Assembly (NCBI GenBank): GCA_028278335.1
Contig: JANQEN010000203.1
Span: 107,950-171,949 of the forward strand
DNA length: 64,000 bases
Source of the DNA: Chitinivibrionales bacterium
GTDB taxonomy: Bacteria > Fibrobacterota > Chitinivibrionia > Chitinivibrionales > JANQEN01
Reading direction: 5' to 3'
A program made the position numbers and the translations under genes. The notes under the pieces are model-generated. The model had not been told where the DNA came from. It ran no database searches and was given only the letters and a program-made list of their open reading frames with translations. Below are positions 9,837 through 19,847 of this stretch, in pieces (position 1 is the first letter of the stretch; each line of letters opens with the position of its first letter).

Positions 9837-11564
9837 ATGTCCAATCCATGTTTTTCATGTAAACGTTGGCGAGTTTTCCTTCCCCTGTTGTCTCTGTTAA
9901 TCTTCACCATGGCAGATGAACGAATTTATATAACCGAACTTTTAAGAGATCCCCTGGGTGGCGAGTCTTCGATTCCCGGTGGAAAAAGTCACGAGTTTGT
10001 TGAAATATATAATGCCGGCTCAGACACACTCTTTCTAAAAAATCTTTTTCTTTCAGATGGAAGAGCTGTGGATTCCTTAATTCCCTGGCTATCTCCCATT
10101 CGTTCCCACAGAAATTGCTGCTTCAATAGATCTTTTGTTACTCCTGCCCAGTATGCTGTAATCCTGGATCGAGATTATGTTTTAGCACCTGTGGAGAGTC
10201 ATTTTCAGATAAGTGATAGCACCGTGATCCTATCGGTTGACGCAGCAAGTCTATGTAATGGGTTAACCACTACAAAGGGACTCTTTATGTACCGGGGAGC
10301 AAGGCAGAGGATAGATACTGTTTTGGCTGCTGTACTTGATACTTCTCAGACCATTTCCTTGGGAAATGAAGAATATGTTACGTTACATGGGGCCCAAAAA
10401 GAGGGAGTTTCAATTATTCCAGAGGGAATCCTGTTTGATAATGTTGCCTATTGTCTCAACCCATCCAGCCTTAGTTTAGGAAGTTTTGAAAGCGAATTTA
10501 GTGGTTGGATTTGTTCATATACATTTGAGCACAGGAATCCCTCGATGTATGAAATTGCCTGCACCTTGGCTCTTTGTAAAGCAGGAAGCTCTCAAATAGA
10601 TGAGGTAACCTGGCAGATTGTAAAACAGGATCAGAAAACGCCTGTGCACAGTGGTGAACTGTCGGGAGGTGTTTATCCCGTTTTACTCCCTTTCTCGATT
10701 CCAAAAGAGGAAAGCAACTATCAATTTGTCATTAAAGATAACATGTCTCAGGATTCAGTTCCTTTGGATATCTCAAAGATTTGGCATCCTGAGGCGCCTC
10801 TTAAAATCAATGAATTGTTTGTAAGAGCAACCGGAGCTATTCCAGAATGGATTGAACTCAAAAACACCACCACCATGAACATTAATCTAGGCCATTGGCG
10901 ATTGATAATAGCTGAGGACACCTGTGTCTTGTCAGAAAATAACAATGTTATTGAACCTGGTGCCCATGCTATAATAACAAAAAAGGCAAGTCTGTGTAAA
11001 GCTCTCTGCCCTTCACAAACAGTAATTATCGAACCAGACCAATGGAATGCGCTCAATAATTATTCTGACACACTCTATCTAGTAAGCCCCGTGTCTCACA
11101 AAGCAAGTGACTCAGCCTGTTACACCAGCTCATGGTTTGATCATTGGTACAATCAATCTCTTGAGCGGATCTTTCTTGAAAAAAGCGGCTTTAGTCGTTC
11201 CTGTTGGGCGCTTTGTGAAAAACCATCCCCGGGTAAAACCAATTCCACTATCCAATTATATAATACCGAATCCCCGAAGGTTTCCATTGATCCCATTCCC
11301 TTCTCACCAAATGGCGATGGGCAAAAAGACCAGCTTGTTATTTCGATTATTCATCCTGCTGACTATGCTACGAAATTGGAAATATACGGCTTTAGCGGGC
11401 ACAAACTTTATACTTTTACCAAACCAGTTGCCGGAAAAAATTGTTGGAATGGTTTTACTAGTAATGGACAGTATGCTCCAGTAGGTCCCTTTTTTGTTAT
11501 TGCCACTTTTACTAATGGGAAAAGAGAGATTGTTGTCCGAAAAAAGGGGATTTTATGGCAATAG
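9837..11564 (+). CDS. secreted protein with two lamin-tail-like domains and a T9SS type-B C-terminal sorting domain
   Basis: Signal peptide. LTD-like starts ITELLRDPLGGES...HEFVEIYNAG and INELFVRATGAIPEWIELKNTT. The C-terminus FSPNGDGQKDQLVISI...PVGPFFVI is typical of gliding/T9SS type-B CTDs. Confidence 0.6.
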   Translation: MSNPCFSCKRWRVFLPLLSLLIFTMADERIYITELLRDPLGGESSIPGGKSHEFVEIYNAGSDTLFLKNLFLSDGRAVDSLIPWLSPIRSHRNCCFNRSFVTPAQYAVILDRDYVLAPVESHFQISDSTVILSVDAASLCNGLTTTKGLFMYRGARQRIDTVLAAVLDTSQTISLGNEEYVTLHGAQKEGVSIIPEGILFDNVAYCLNPSSLSLGSFESEFSGWICSYTFEHRNPSMYEIACTLALCKAGSSQIDEVTWQIVKQDQKTPVHSGELSGGVYPVLLPFSIPKEESNYQFVIKDNMSQDSVPLDISKIWHPEAPLKINELFVRATGAIPEWIELKNTTTMNINLGHWRLIIAEDTCVLSENNNVIEPGAHAIITKKASLCKALCPSQTVIIEPDQWNALNNYSDTLYLVSPVSHKASDSACYTSSWFDHWYNQSLERIFLEKSGFSRSCWALCEKPSPGKTNSTIQLYNTESPKVSIDPIPFSPNGDGQKDQLVISIIHPADYATKLEIYGFSGHKLYTFTKPVAGKNCWNGFTSNGQYAPVGPFFVIATFTNGKREIVVRKKGILWQ

Positions 11565-11569
11565 CACCA

Positions 11570-12451
11570 TTAGATGTTATTTACAATATACGCATTGATG
11601 TAGGCAAGGGATTTCATTTTATTCGCACTCCAAAGTGGTGCAATAAGACCAAACTCCGGTTTAGAATCAGCCATGAGGCGGTGAATATATTGACTCGGTG
11701 CAAGGTTTTTTAAGACATCACAGGCTCTTGTTGCATACTCTTTAAGTGATAATACTTTAAGAGAACCCTCTCTATAGAGTTTTTCCAAAGGGGTCCCACG
11801 GATTATCATTAGTTGGTGTATCTTTATTCCCTGTACCGGAAGTTTTGCCAAAAATTCTGCGGTATGATGCATTGATTCAATAGTATCACCGGGAAGTCCC
11901 AAGATAATATGGGCAGTTGTTTCTATCCCACGATCAGAAAGGCGAATTATCGCCTCTGTAAAGTCTGAAGCAGAGTGGCCACGATTATTTTGACGTAATG
12001 TTTTGTCCGATGCACTTTGAAGACCAACCTCAATATTAAGATAGGTTCTTTGAGAAAGATCCATTAAATAGTCGCACACCTCTTCTGAAAGGCAATCGGG
12101 CCGTGTTCCAATAGCCAGGCCAACCACCTTTGGGATTGATACCAATGGCTCATATATATCCTTTAAGGTTGATACTGCAGCATAGGTATTTGTAAAGGGC
12201 TGTAGATAGACCAGGAAGTGCTCAAATCTATTGGACATCTTATCAATAGCTGCCTTAGTTTGAGTAATAGCGGAATGTTTTGACTCTGCAACTGGGCTAA
12301 AGGAGGGGTTGTCACAAAAGCTGCATCCTAATGTGTCAATGGTGCCATCGCGATTTGGACAGGAGAAACCAGCGTTAACAGGTATTTTTAACACTGGTTT
12401 ACCAAATCTACTTTTCAAATAGGAACGGTATGTTTTATAGGGTAGTTTCAT
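11570..12451 (-). CDS. TIGR01212-family radical SAM protein
   Basis: Motif FSCPNRDGTIDTLGCSFCDN. I place the start at MKLPYKTYR (12451), because the longer ORF start (12484) lies inside the upstream terminator hairpin. Confidence 0.75.
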   Translation of the reverse strand: MKLPYKTYRSYLKSRFGKPVLKIPVNAGFSCPNRDGTIDTLGCSFCDNPSFSPVAESKHSAITQTKAAIDKMSNRFEHFLVYLQPFTNTYAAVSTLKDIYEPLVSIPKVVGLAIGTRPDCLSEEVCDYLMDLSQRTYLNIEVGLQSASDKTLRQNNRGHSASDFTEAIIRLSDRGIETTAHIILGLPGDTIESMHHTAEFLAKLPVQGIKIHQLMIIRGTPLEKLYREGSLKVLSLKEYATRACDVLKNLAPSQYIHRLMADSKPEFGLIAPLWSANKMKSLAYINAYIVNNI

Positions 12452-12460
12452 TGGGTAGTA

Positions 12461-12495
12461 AAAATAAAAAAAGGCAGTATTCACTGCCTTTTTTG
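12461..12495 (-). terminator. Rho-independent terminator downstream of the TPR gene
   Basis: Stem aaggcagt / actgcctt (12471-12478 / 12483-12490) with a 4-nt loop, flanked by an A-run and a T-run. Read on the minus strand it is followed by TTTTTATTTT. Confidence 0.6.
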
Positions 12496-12527
12496 TAAAC
12501 CGTATATGCGAAAATTATTAATTCTGC

Positions 12528-13634
12528 TTACTCTCCCTGTTCCTTCTCTTCACGCTTTTTCTCTATGGCCTTTTCCATATCAAAGTTAAAGGAGCTCTCC
12601 TCCTCCTCATCCAGACCACCAAGATCGTCACTAACATTATAGGATTCCACCTGTATTTGTTTGATGTCAGATTTTTGGTCTCGATCTAATTCATTCTCCA
12701 ACTCCTGGGTGCTACTCTCACTCAATGAGGTTGAGCCAAACAACTCTTCTGGGGTTGCCTTGCCGGTAGGAGATTCACCGCGCTCAAGCATGTCTAAACG
12801 ATCTTGAATCTTCTCTTTTTTCAAGGCGTCATTAATGTAAAAGAGAGATTTCTTCCAAACATCAATTGCCTCTTGTCTCTTTGTCTCATCCTTATTCTTT
12901 TTCCAGAGATCCTCTAAGAGAAGGCCATAATTTTCATAAAAGTTTTGAGCATTGGGATTTAAAGCCAAAGCCTTTTTGTAGTTTGAGATCGCCTCGTTGA
13001 CTGTCTCTGATCTTGATTTAAGGATGTTACCCAATTCCCAATACGCCTCGGCCTCATTAGGATTGATGGCTATGGCACCTTTTAGATAGTGCTTGGCATC
13101 CTTGGATTTACCCTGTGACAAAAGACATTTCGCCAGATTGACATGGGCATCTAAATTGGTCCCATCAATTTGTATGACCTGTTTATACTGAGCAATAGCT
13201 TGCCCCAGGCGATTTTTATTAGCATACATGGTAGCAAGATTTATACGAGCCTGGATGTTTCGGGGATTGTTTTCAACTGCCCGATAGAGAGCATTGAGTG
13301 CCTTGTCCGACTGTCCCAAGTTTTCATAGGCATAGGCCAAATTTGACCACACATCAGCACTTCGGGGATTTATGTTGAGTGCTTTTTTAAACTCCTTGAC
13401 AGCATTAGAGTTTCTTCCCCAGTTTAAATAGGCAAAGGCCAAATTAAACTGAGCTTCAAAGTTTCCTGGATCACGGGCAATTACTTTTCTAAATTTTGTT
13501 ACCGCTTGATCATAGGCACCATTACTTAAAAGCATAGATCCTTGGCTCATTATTTCTTCAGTAGATTGAGCATATGTTGATGTAACTACGAAACTTAGGA
13601 TAACAAGAGTTATGAACAGACTAAGACCTCTCAT
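12528..13634 (-). CDS. TPR-repeat protein with signal peptide and acidic C-terminal tail
   Basis: Repeated TPR consensus (…AxxxYxxALxxxPxxxxAxxNLGxxY…) about 6-7 times, and a Glu/Asp-rich C-terminus. Confidence 0.8.
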   Translation of the reverse strand: MRGLSLFITLVILSFVVTSTYAQSTEEIMSQGSMLLSNGAYDQAVTKFRKVIARDPGNFEAQFNLAFAYLNWGRNSNAVKEFKKALNINPRSADVWSNLAYAYENLGQSDKALNALYRAVENNPRNIQARINLATMYANKNRLGQAIAQYKQVIQIDGTNLDAHVNLAKCLLSQGKSKDAKHYLKGAIAINPNEAEAYWELGNILKSRSETVNEAISNYKKALALNPNAQNFYENYGLLLEDLWKKNKDETKRQEAIDVWKKSLFYINDALKKEKIQDRLDMLERGESPTGKATPEELFGSTSLSESSTQELENELDRDQKSDIKQIQVESYNVSDDLGGLDEEEESSFNFDMEKAIEKKREEKEQGE

Positions 13635-13857
13635 AATTCCCCCTCCTCATTAAGTGTGATGTCATTTACATTCTTAAAATAGTATATTCGTATGAGAATA
13701 CACCTGTTTTATTACACAATAATTCTTTCCTATAGAAATATAGAACCATATCACCACCATATTCAACAATTATTGTATTTTAATACTCTTTATTTTTTAC
13801 AAGAGAGATTCTCCGGTGGATAGTCTCTTTCTGTTTTTGAACAATAAGTGAGGTACT

Positions 13858-15303
13858 ATGAATGCTACAAAATATGATACCTATACAAACCCACTCATAG
13901 AACGCTATGCAAGTAAAGAGATGTCCCATGTTTTTTCCCACACCTTTAAATTTACCACCTGGCGTCGTCTTTGGATTGCCTTGGCTGAGGCAGAGAAAAG
14001 CTTGGGATTGGAGATCTCCTCTGAGCAGATTGAAGAGATGAAGGCAAACATCGCACCCATAGATTTTGACAAGGCACGGGAGATAGAAGCTAAGACACGA
14101 CACGATGTTATGGCCCATGTACATACCTTTGGTATTGCCTGTCCTAAGGCGATGCCCATTATTCATCTTGGAGCAACCAGCGCCTTTGTCACGGACAACA
14201 CTGATTTGATTCAGATACGAGAGGCATTAACCCTCTTGGTAAAGAGAATGACCCCACTTTTAAAGGCGCTTAGTGAGTTTGCACTTACCCATAAGAGCCT
14301 ACCCACTCTTGGGTTCACCCATTTTCAACCAGCCCAGTGCACCACTGTTGGAAAGCGGGCAACCCTATGGCTCTTAGAGCTCTCCTTGGATTTTCAGGAG
14401 CTTTGTCGGATTATCGACGCATTACCTTTTCGTGGGGTTAAGGGAACCACGGGAACACAGGCGAGTTTTTTAAATCTCTTTAGTGGCGATCATGAGAAGG
14501 TTAAAAAACTTGATACTTTAGTCTCAAAAAATATGGGGTTTGAAAAGGTACTTCCGGTAACTGGCCAAACCTATACACGAAAATTAGACGCCCAAGTTGC
14601 ATCTGCTTTATCAGGCATTGCTCAAACAACCCATAAACTGGCCAATGATATTAGATTGCTGCAAAATCTAAAAGAGATAGAAGAGCCCTTTGAAAAAAGT
14701 CAGATTGGATCCTCTGCCATGGCCTATAAACGAAATCCCATGCGTTCGGAGAGGCTCACTGCCCTTTCCCGCTATATGCTCTCGCTTTGCACATCTCCTG
14801 CTATGACCGCTGCAGAGCAGTGGTTTGAAAGAACCTTAGATGACTCAGCCAATAAACGCCTCTCAATTCCAGAGCTCTTTCTTGCTGCAGATGCAGCTTT
14901 GATACTTTCACTCAACATTTGTGATGGTTTGGTTGTGTACCCAAAGGTGATCAACCGACACATTCAAGATGAGCTTCCCTTTATGGCAACTGAAAACATT
15001 ATTATGGAGGCGGTGAAAAAAGGTGGGGATAGGCAGCAATTACATGAACAGATTCGTGTTCACTCAATGGAAGCGGGCAAGCAAGTTAAAATGCAGGGCC
15101 AAAAAAATGATCTTTTAGAGCGTATTACCACAGACAGTACCTTCAATCTTTCCGAACAAGAGCTTGCTACCATTTTGGACCTTTCCCGTTTTATTGGTCG
15201 TGCTCCAGAACAGACAGAAGAATTTATCCAAGAACATATTAAACCGCTTATCGAGCAGGGTATGCAATACGGTTCCATTGAAAAAATGGACCTTCAAGTA
15301 TAA
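13858..15303 (+). CDS. purB: adenylosuccinate lyase
   Basis: Fumarate-lyase signature GSSAMAYKRNPMRSE. Length 481 aa, and the N-terminus YTNPLIERYASKEM is typical of PurB. Confidence 0.9.
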   Translation: MNATKYDTYTNPLIERYASKEMSHVFSHTFKFTTWRRLWIALAEAEKSLGLEISSEQIEEMKANIAPIDFDKAREIEAKTRHDVMAHVHTFGIACPKAMPIIHLGATSAFVTDNTDLIQIREALTLLVKRMTPLLKALSEFALTHKSLPTLGFTHFQPAQCTTVGKRATLWLLELSLDFQELCRIIDALPFRGVKGTTGTQASFLNLFSGDHEKVKKLDTLVSKNMGFEKVLPVTGQTYTRKLDAQVASALSGIAQTTHKLANDIRLLQNLKEIEEPFEKSQIGSSAMAYKRNPMRSERLTALSRYMLSLCTSPAMTAAEQWFERTLDDSANKRLSIPELFLAADAALILSLNICDGLVVYPKVINRHIQDELPFMATENIIMEAVKKGGDRQQLHEQIRVHSMEAGKQVKMQGQKNDLLERITTDSTFNLSEQELATILDLSRFIGRAPEQTEEFIQEHIKPLIEQGMQYGSIEKMDLQV

Positions 15304-15306
15304 CGA

Positions 15307-16152
15307 ATGACCAAAAAGACTCCCATACGCGCTGATTACCATATACACACACCCTATTGTGGGCATGCCCATGGTAATATTATTGACTATGTGGAGGCTG
15401 CTATTACGAAAGGCCTTAAGGAGATCTGTTTTACTGATCACCTTGGCCGATATTATTTAGGTGCTTCTCAGAAGCGACGCTATCGCGATTGGGGTATGGA
15501 CCGTAATAAACTTGCCCGATATGTCAATGAATTGGAGCATGTAAAGGAGACCTATAAGGATGCTATCACCATTCGTATGGGTTTGGAGATTGACTACATT
15601 GCTGGAGCCGAGGATATGGTCGGCCCACTCATTGCTCCCTATTCCTTTGATTACCTTCTGGGATCGATTCACTGTATACCAACCATTGGCTGGAAACATC
15701 TTTCCCATTACTCTACAGATGATACGTGGGTGATTTTTGATGAGTACTTTAAAGCGGTAAAGTCTCTTTTTGCTTCCAAGCTCTTTGATGGCTTGGCGCA
15801 TATCGATTTTATTTGGCGTTATATTAAATGGCCCAAACGACGCTCAAAAAGGGTGCTTGCCTATATTGATGAGATTATTGCGGCAGCACAGGAGTTTGAC
15901 ATGACCATAGAGATTAATTCCAACGGCTATCTCTGGTCTCAGATCTATACCATTGAAGAGGGAGATCCCTTTACCACACTTCTTGCGAGTCTTAACAAAT
16001 ACAATGTCCCGGTAACCATTGGCTCAGATGCACATGGACCTGAATTTGTAAGCAAGGTTTTTGTTGAGCTTGCTGAGGTTTTAAAAGGTAACAGTATAAC
16101 CCATTATTGCACCTTTGACAACCATCAGCGATCGCTTCACAAAATTGGATAG
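15307..16152 (+). CDS. PHP-family histidinol-phosphatase (HisJ/HisK type)
   Basis: PHP metal motif DYHIHTPYCGHAHG and a later GSDAH. Length 281 aa. Confidence 0.7.
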   Translation: MTKKTPIRADYHIHTPYCGHAHGNIIDYVEAAITKGLKEICFTDHLGRYYLGASQKRRYRDWGMDRNKLARYVNELEHVKETYKDAITIRMGLEIDYIAGAEDMVGPLIAPYSFDYLLGSIHCIPTIGWKHLSHYSTDDTWVIFDEYFKAVKSLFASKLFDGLAHIDFIWRYIKWPKRRSKRVLAYIDEIIAAAQEFDMTIEINSNGYLWSQIYTIEEGDPFTTLLASLNKYNVPVTIGSDAHGPEFVSKVFVELAEVLKGNSITHYCTFDNHQRSLHKIG

Positions 16153-16159
16153 TCTTTTC

Positions 16160-16867
16160 CTACCCATTTCGAATGTGACAACTACCCACATAGGGAGTGA
16201 TGATTTCTTGGAAACGTTTTATCTCCTCAGAGGGTAGGGGAGAGAGATCCTTAAAGAAGTTAGGGTCTAAAAGCTCTTTTCTTAAATTAGCTGGTTGTAG
16301 GTATACCCGTTCAACCCCTTCAATCAAATGTGCACAGGATTCAATAATTGATGTAGTAATAACTTTTGGCGCAACGGTTATACGAATTTCCGCATTGGCA
16401 CCCATTTTTTTCACCAAAGCAATCGACTGTTCCAATCGCTCTTTAATCTCTTTATGTGAAGCTTTTAATAAAACAGGATACAAATCTGGTCGTGTTTTTA
16501 TATCAAGAGCAAGATAGTCCGGTGAAAAGCTCTGTATTATTTTAGGGCGCAATCCATTGGAATCAAGTTTAATGCGATAACCCAGAGAGCGAATCTCCTT
16601 AATGTTTTCTACAAGGTGAGGATGAAGGGTGGGTTCACCACCACTGAACACCGCACCCTCCATGGTTGTTTTTCGCTGTTCTAAAAAATCCCAAATAGTA
16701 TCTGACATATGGGAAAGGTCTTCGGGGCTTGTGATGAGCGAGCCATTATGACAATAGGGACAGCGAAGATTGCATCCAGAAAAAAAAAGGACGGTCGCAA
16801 CCGTCCCTGGATAATCGATAAAAGAGTTTTTAAGCCAGCTAGTTAAACCTCGGAAGTCAGTTCGCAT
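16160..16867 (-). CDS. nrdG: anaerobic ribonucleoside-triphosphate reductase activating protein (radical SAM)
   Basis: Motif GCNLRCPYCHN. It overlaps the 3' end of nrdD by 25 nt. Confidence 0.85.
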   Translation of the reverse strand: MRTDFRGLTSWLKNSFIDYPGTVATVLFFSGCNLRCPYCHNGSLITSPEDLSHMSDTIWDFLEQRKTTMEGAVFSGGEPTLHPHLVENIKEIRSLGYRIKLDSNGLRPKIIQSFSPDYLALDIKTRPDLYPVLLKASHKEIKERLEQSIALVKKMGANAEIRITVAPKVITTSIIESCAHLIEGVERVYLQPANLRKELLDPNFFKDLSPLPSEEIKRFQEIITPYVGSCHIRNG

Positions 16868-18993
16868 GTTCTGGTATCCTCGGTTTGAGCTGCTTCAATG
16901 GCTTCCTGTTTTTGAGGTGCTACAATGGTTTCATCGGTGCTGTTGTGGTACGTTTTACGATCGGTATACTCCGATTTTTTACCACGGTTCCAATTGTTGA
17001 CTGGACGATAGTATCCCACGATACGAGTATACACCTCTGTCTCTTCACCACAATTGGGACAGGCAAAATGCTCGCCCTGTAAATAGCCGTGCATATGACA
17101 AACAGAGAAGGTTGGTGTAATGGTAAAGTAGGGAATTTCGTAACTTTCAGCAATGGTTTTAACAAGCTTTTTGCAGGTCTCAACATCATCAATGGCTTCA
17201 CCAATAAAGGAGTGGAACACCGTACCACCGGTATACATTTTCTGTATATCGTTCTGCAGCTCCAGTGCGTTAAAGATATCGTCGGTCATATCCACAGGTA
17301 GCTGGGTTGAATTGGTGTAGTAGGGATTATCCTTACCAGGGATAATCATGCGAGAGAATTTTTTACGATCGCTTTTTGCTAACCGATAGGAGGTTCCCTC
17401 TCCCGGTGTTGCTTCGAGATTGTAAAGGTGTCCAGTCTCTTCCTGATAGGTGATAAGCTTTTCGCGCATATGGAGGAGCACTTCCTTAGCAAATTCGCGA
17501 GCCTCAGAGCTTGAAAGATCTTTGCCTAAGAAATTGAGGGTTGATTCATTCATACCAATAAGGCCGATGGTGGAGAAATGATTGTTCCAATGGCGCAGGT
17601 AGCGTTGAGTATAGGGGAAGAGTCCCTGATCCATTAGACGAGTGATGATCTTTCGTTTAATTTCTAAAGAGTCCCGGGCAATATTCATGAAGTGATCTAA
17701 TTGACTAAAGTAGTCTTCACGATTATTTGAAAGATAGCCAATTCTGGGAAGGTTGATGGTGACTACACCAATAGATCCGGTAAACTCATCAGCACCAAAG
17801 AGGCCACCACCCCGTTTTCGTAGTTCTCGCTTGTCGAGCTGCAGGCGACAGCACATGGAGCGAACATCGCCGGGATTGAGGTCGGAGTTGATAAAGTTTT
17901 GGAAATAGGGTGTTCCATATTTGCCGGTCATCTTAAAGAGTAACTGAGCGTTTTCGCTATCCCAGTTGAAATTTCTTGTAAGGTTGTAGGTGGGGATAGG
18001 ATAGGCAAAACCCCGTCCTTCAGAATCGCCCTCAATAAGGACTTCGATAAAGGCACGGTTAATCATGTCCATCTCTTTTTGGAAATCACCATAGGTGACA
18101 TCCAGTGGTTTACCACCGACAATAGCCCGTTCATCACGGAGATCTTCAGGAACGACCCAGTCAAAGGTTACATTGGTAAAAGGTGCCTGTGATCCCCAGC
18201 GTGAAGGTGTGTTAACACCAAAAATAAAGGATTGAATATTCTGCTTTACCTCTTTATAGGAGAGATTGTCTACCCGTACAAAGGGCGCAAGATAGGTGTC
18301 AACAGAGGAAAAGGCTTGGGCACCGGCCCATTCATTTTGTAATACTCCTAAAAAGTTGACCATCTGTTGAATTAAGGTGGAGAGGTGTTTGGGGGGGCGT
18401 GAGGAGATCTTATTTTTTACTCCTCCTAATCCTTCGGCAATAAGCTGACGAAGTGACCAACCAGCACAGTATCCAGAAAACATGGCAAGGTCATGAATAT
18501 GCATGTCGCCATTTCGGTGTGCCTCTGCAATATCATGGGTATAGATGTTTTCGAGCCAGTAGTTTGCTGTTATGGCACCACTGTTATGTAAAATGAGTCC
18601 ACCCAGGGAGTAATTGACATTGGAATTCTCATTAACCCGCCAGTCTTCCTGTTTTAGATAGCCATCCATAGTGGTCGCTATATCTAGTACCAAGTTTTCA
18701 GCGCTGCGGATTTTTCTGTGTTGTTCTCTATAGAGGATGAAGGACTTAGCTACCTTTGCATGACCGGTCTCAATAAGAACTTTTTCAACAACATCCTGAA
18801 TCTCTTCTACTGCGGGAATTGAATTGGGGTGAAATCGTCCATTAATGGCCTCTTCTACCTGTTTTGCCAATCCAAGCGCTAAACCAAAATCCTTACCACC
18901 TACCGCTTCAGCTGCCTTGAAAATGGCATTTGCAATTTTAAACCTATCATAGGGAACGAGTTTTGCGTCACGTTTTCTGATTGTGGATATCAT
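16843..18993 (-). CDS. nrdD: anaerobic ribonucleoside-triphosphate reductase (class III RNR)
   Basis: N-terminal ATP-cone, thiyl-Cys region RSMCCRLQLD, Zn-ribbon CHMHG...CPNCGEE, and glycyl-radical motif TRIVGYYRP. Confidence 0.92.
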   Translation of the reverse strand: MISTIRKRDAKLVPYDRFKIANAIFKAAEAVGGKDFGLALGLAKQVEEAINGRFHPNSIPAVEEIQDVVEKVLIETGHAKVAKSFILYREQHRKIRSAENLVLDIATTMDGYLKQEDWRVNENSNVNYSLGGLILHNSGAITANYWLENIYTHDIAEAHRNGDMHIHDLAMFSGYCAGWSLRQLIAEGLGGVKNKISSRPPKHLSTLIQQMVNFLGVLQNEWAGAQAFSSVDTYLAPFVRVDNLSYKEVKQNIQSFIFGVNTPSRWGSQAPFTNVTFDWVVPEDLRDERAIVGGKPLDVTYGDFQKEMDMINRAFIEVLIEGDSEGRGFAYPIPTYNLTRNFNWDSENAQLLFKMTGKYGTPYFQNFINSDLNPGDVRSMCCRLQLDKRELRKRGGGLFGADEFTGSIGVVTINLPRIGYLSNNREDYFSQLDHFMNIARDSLEIKRKIITRLMDQGLFPYTQRYLRHWNNHFSTIGLIGMNESTLNFLGKDLSSSEAREFAKEVLLHMREKLITYQEETGHLYNLEATPGEGTSYRLAKSDRKKFSRMIIPGKDNPYYTNSTQLPVDMTDDIFNALELQNDIQKMYTGGTVFHSFIGEAIDDVETCKKLVKTIAESYEIPYFTITPTFSVCHMHGYLQGEHFACPNCGEETEVYTRIVGYYRPVNNWNRGKKSEYTDRKTYHNSTDETIVAPQKQEAIEAAQTEDTRTCELTSEV

Positions 18994-19023
18994 TGTTCCT
19001 CTTCCTCCGGCCTTTTATATATA

Positions 19024-19073
19024 TAGATTATGTTGTTAATTTACATAATAAAACAACAACATATTGTATGTTG
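19024..19073 (-). promoter_or_regulatory. candidate NrdR-box-like palindromes just upstream of the nrdD start codon
   Basis: The sequences atagattatgttgt (19024-19037) and caacatattgtatgttg (19057-19073, inverted repeat CAACAT-ATTGT-ATGTTG) lie about 32 bp apart. They only loosely resemble the NrdR box consensus (acaCwAtATaTwgTgt). A third copy, caacatattgtgtg, is at 19394-19407. Confidence 0.25.
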
Positions 19074-19435
19074 CTGTTATGTTAAGAAATTAAACCTAAG
19101 ATTCATTAATAGCAAATACTTTATAATTTTTTTTTTTTTTTTACATTCTAAGGCAGTTGATGCCTCATTTTTTTTACAAAAACATCATACCCACTCGTTT
19201 TAATTCCATGGAAAATCCTGGAATTAAAGAACAGAGAGAGATAAAAAAATAAGTGTATTTCAGTTGATACAAAAGAGGTCGATGGCAATACCTATAAATG
19301 TCCCTATGTTATAGTTAATGTAATACTAAAATAAGAAAGAATCCTCTTTTTTATCATTTTTTTTGTTGTATTTATGTATAAAATGGTACACCGCAACATA
19401 TTGTGTGCAAATCTCTGAGAGTGACATTTCATAAT

Positions 19436-19599
19436 CCCAGATCATGCAGTAGGAGTAGATGCAGAAGTGCAAGATTATGATTTAGTAAGACTTGAAGGTT
19501 TTGAAGGGCATATCTACAAGGTGATATGGCCGAAAAGCCTGAGAGCCTTAATGGGCATAGGGTTGTGCTTCTGCGCTACTTCCTATTGCATAATCAGGG
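19436..19599 (+). repeat. 164-nt hairpin-forming dispersed element, copy A (candidate structured RNA or MITE)
   Basis: Near-identical to 45159-45322 in the same orientation. A 29-nt arm atgcagtaggagtagatgcagaagtgcaa pairs with ttgtgcttctgcgctacttcctattgcat, and the outer cccaga / tcaggg segments extend the stem. Confidence 0.7.
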
Positions 19600-19847
19600 T
19601 TAAATAAAAACAAAACTTTAACAATTGTATGAAATTTATTAACTATTTTAAAAATCTTAAACCTAAATTGAGCGATTGGATTGCGAAAAGGTTATATCAG
19701 CCGTGCTGCTAATGGATTTCTTAAAAACACAGGTTAACCCGAAAATTAAGTGAGTATTTGAAGAAATTCCAGGAGTAGTGCGGATGATGTCAAATTTTCC
19801 AAACAAAATTGCTTATTTTAGGCTAAAAACTTCCGAGGAGAAATGCA

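Noticed and set aside
18994-19435. A cobalamin riboswitch in the long nrdD leader
   Set aside because: I could not find the B12-box (rAGYCMGgAgaCCkGCc) or its complement by eye, so I do not report it. A covariance-model scan would be decisive.
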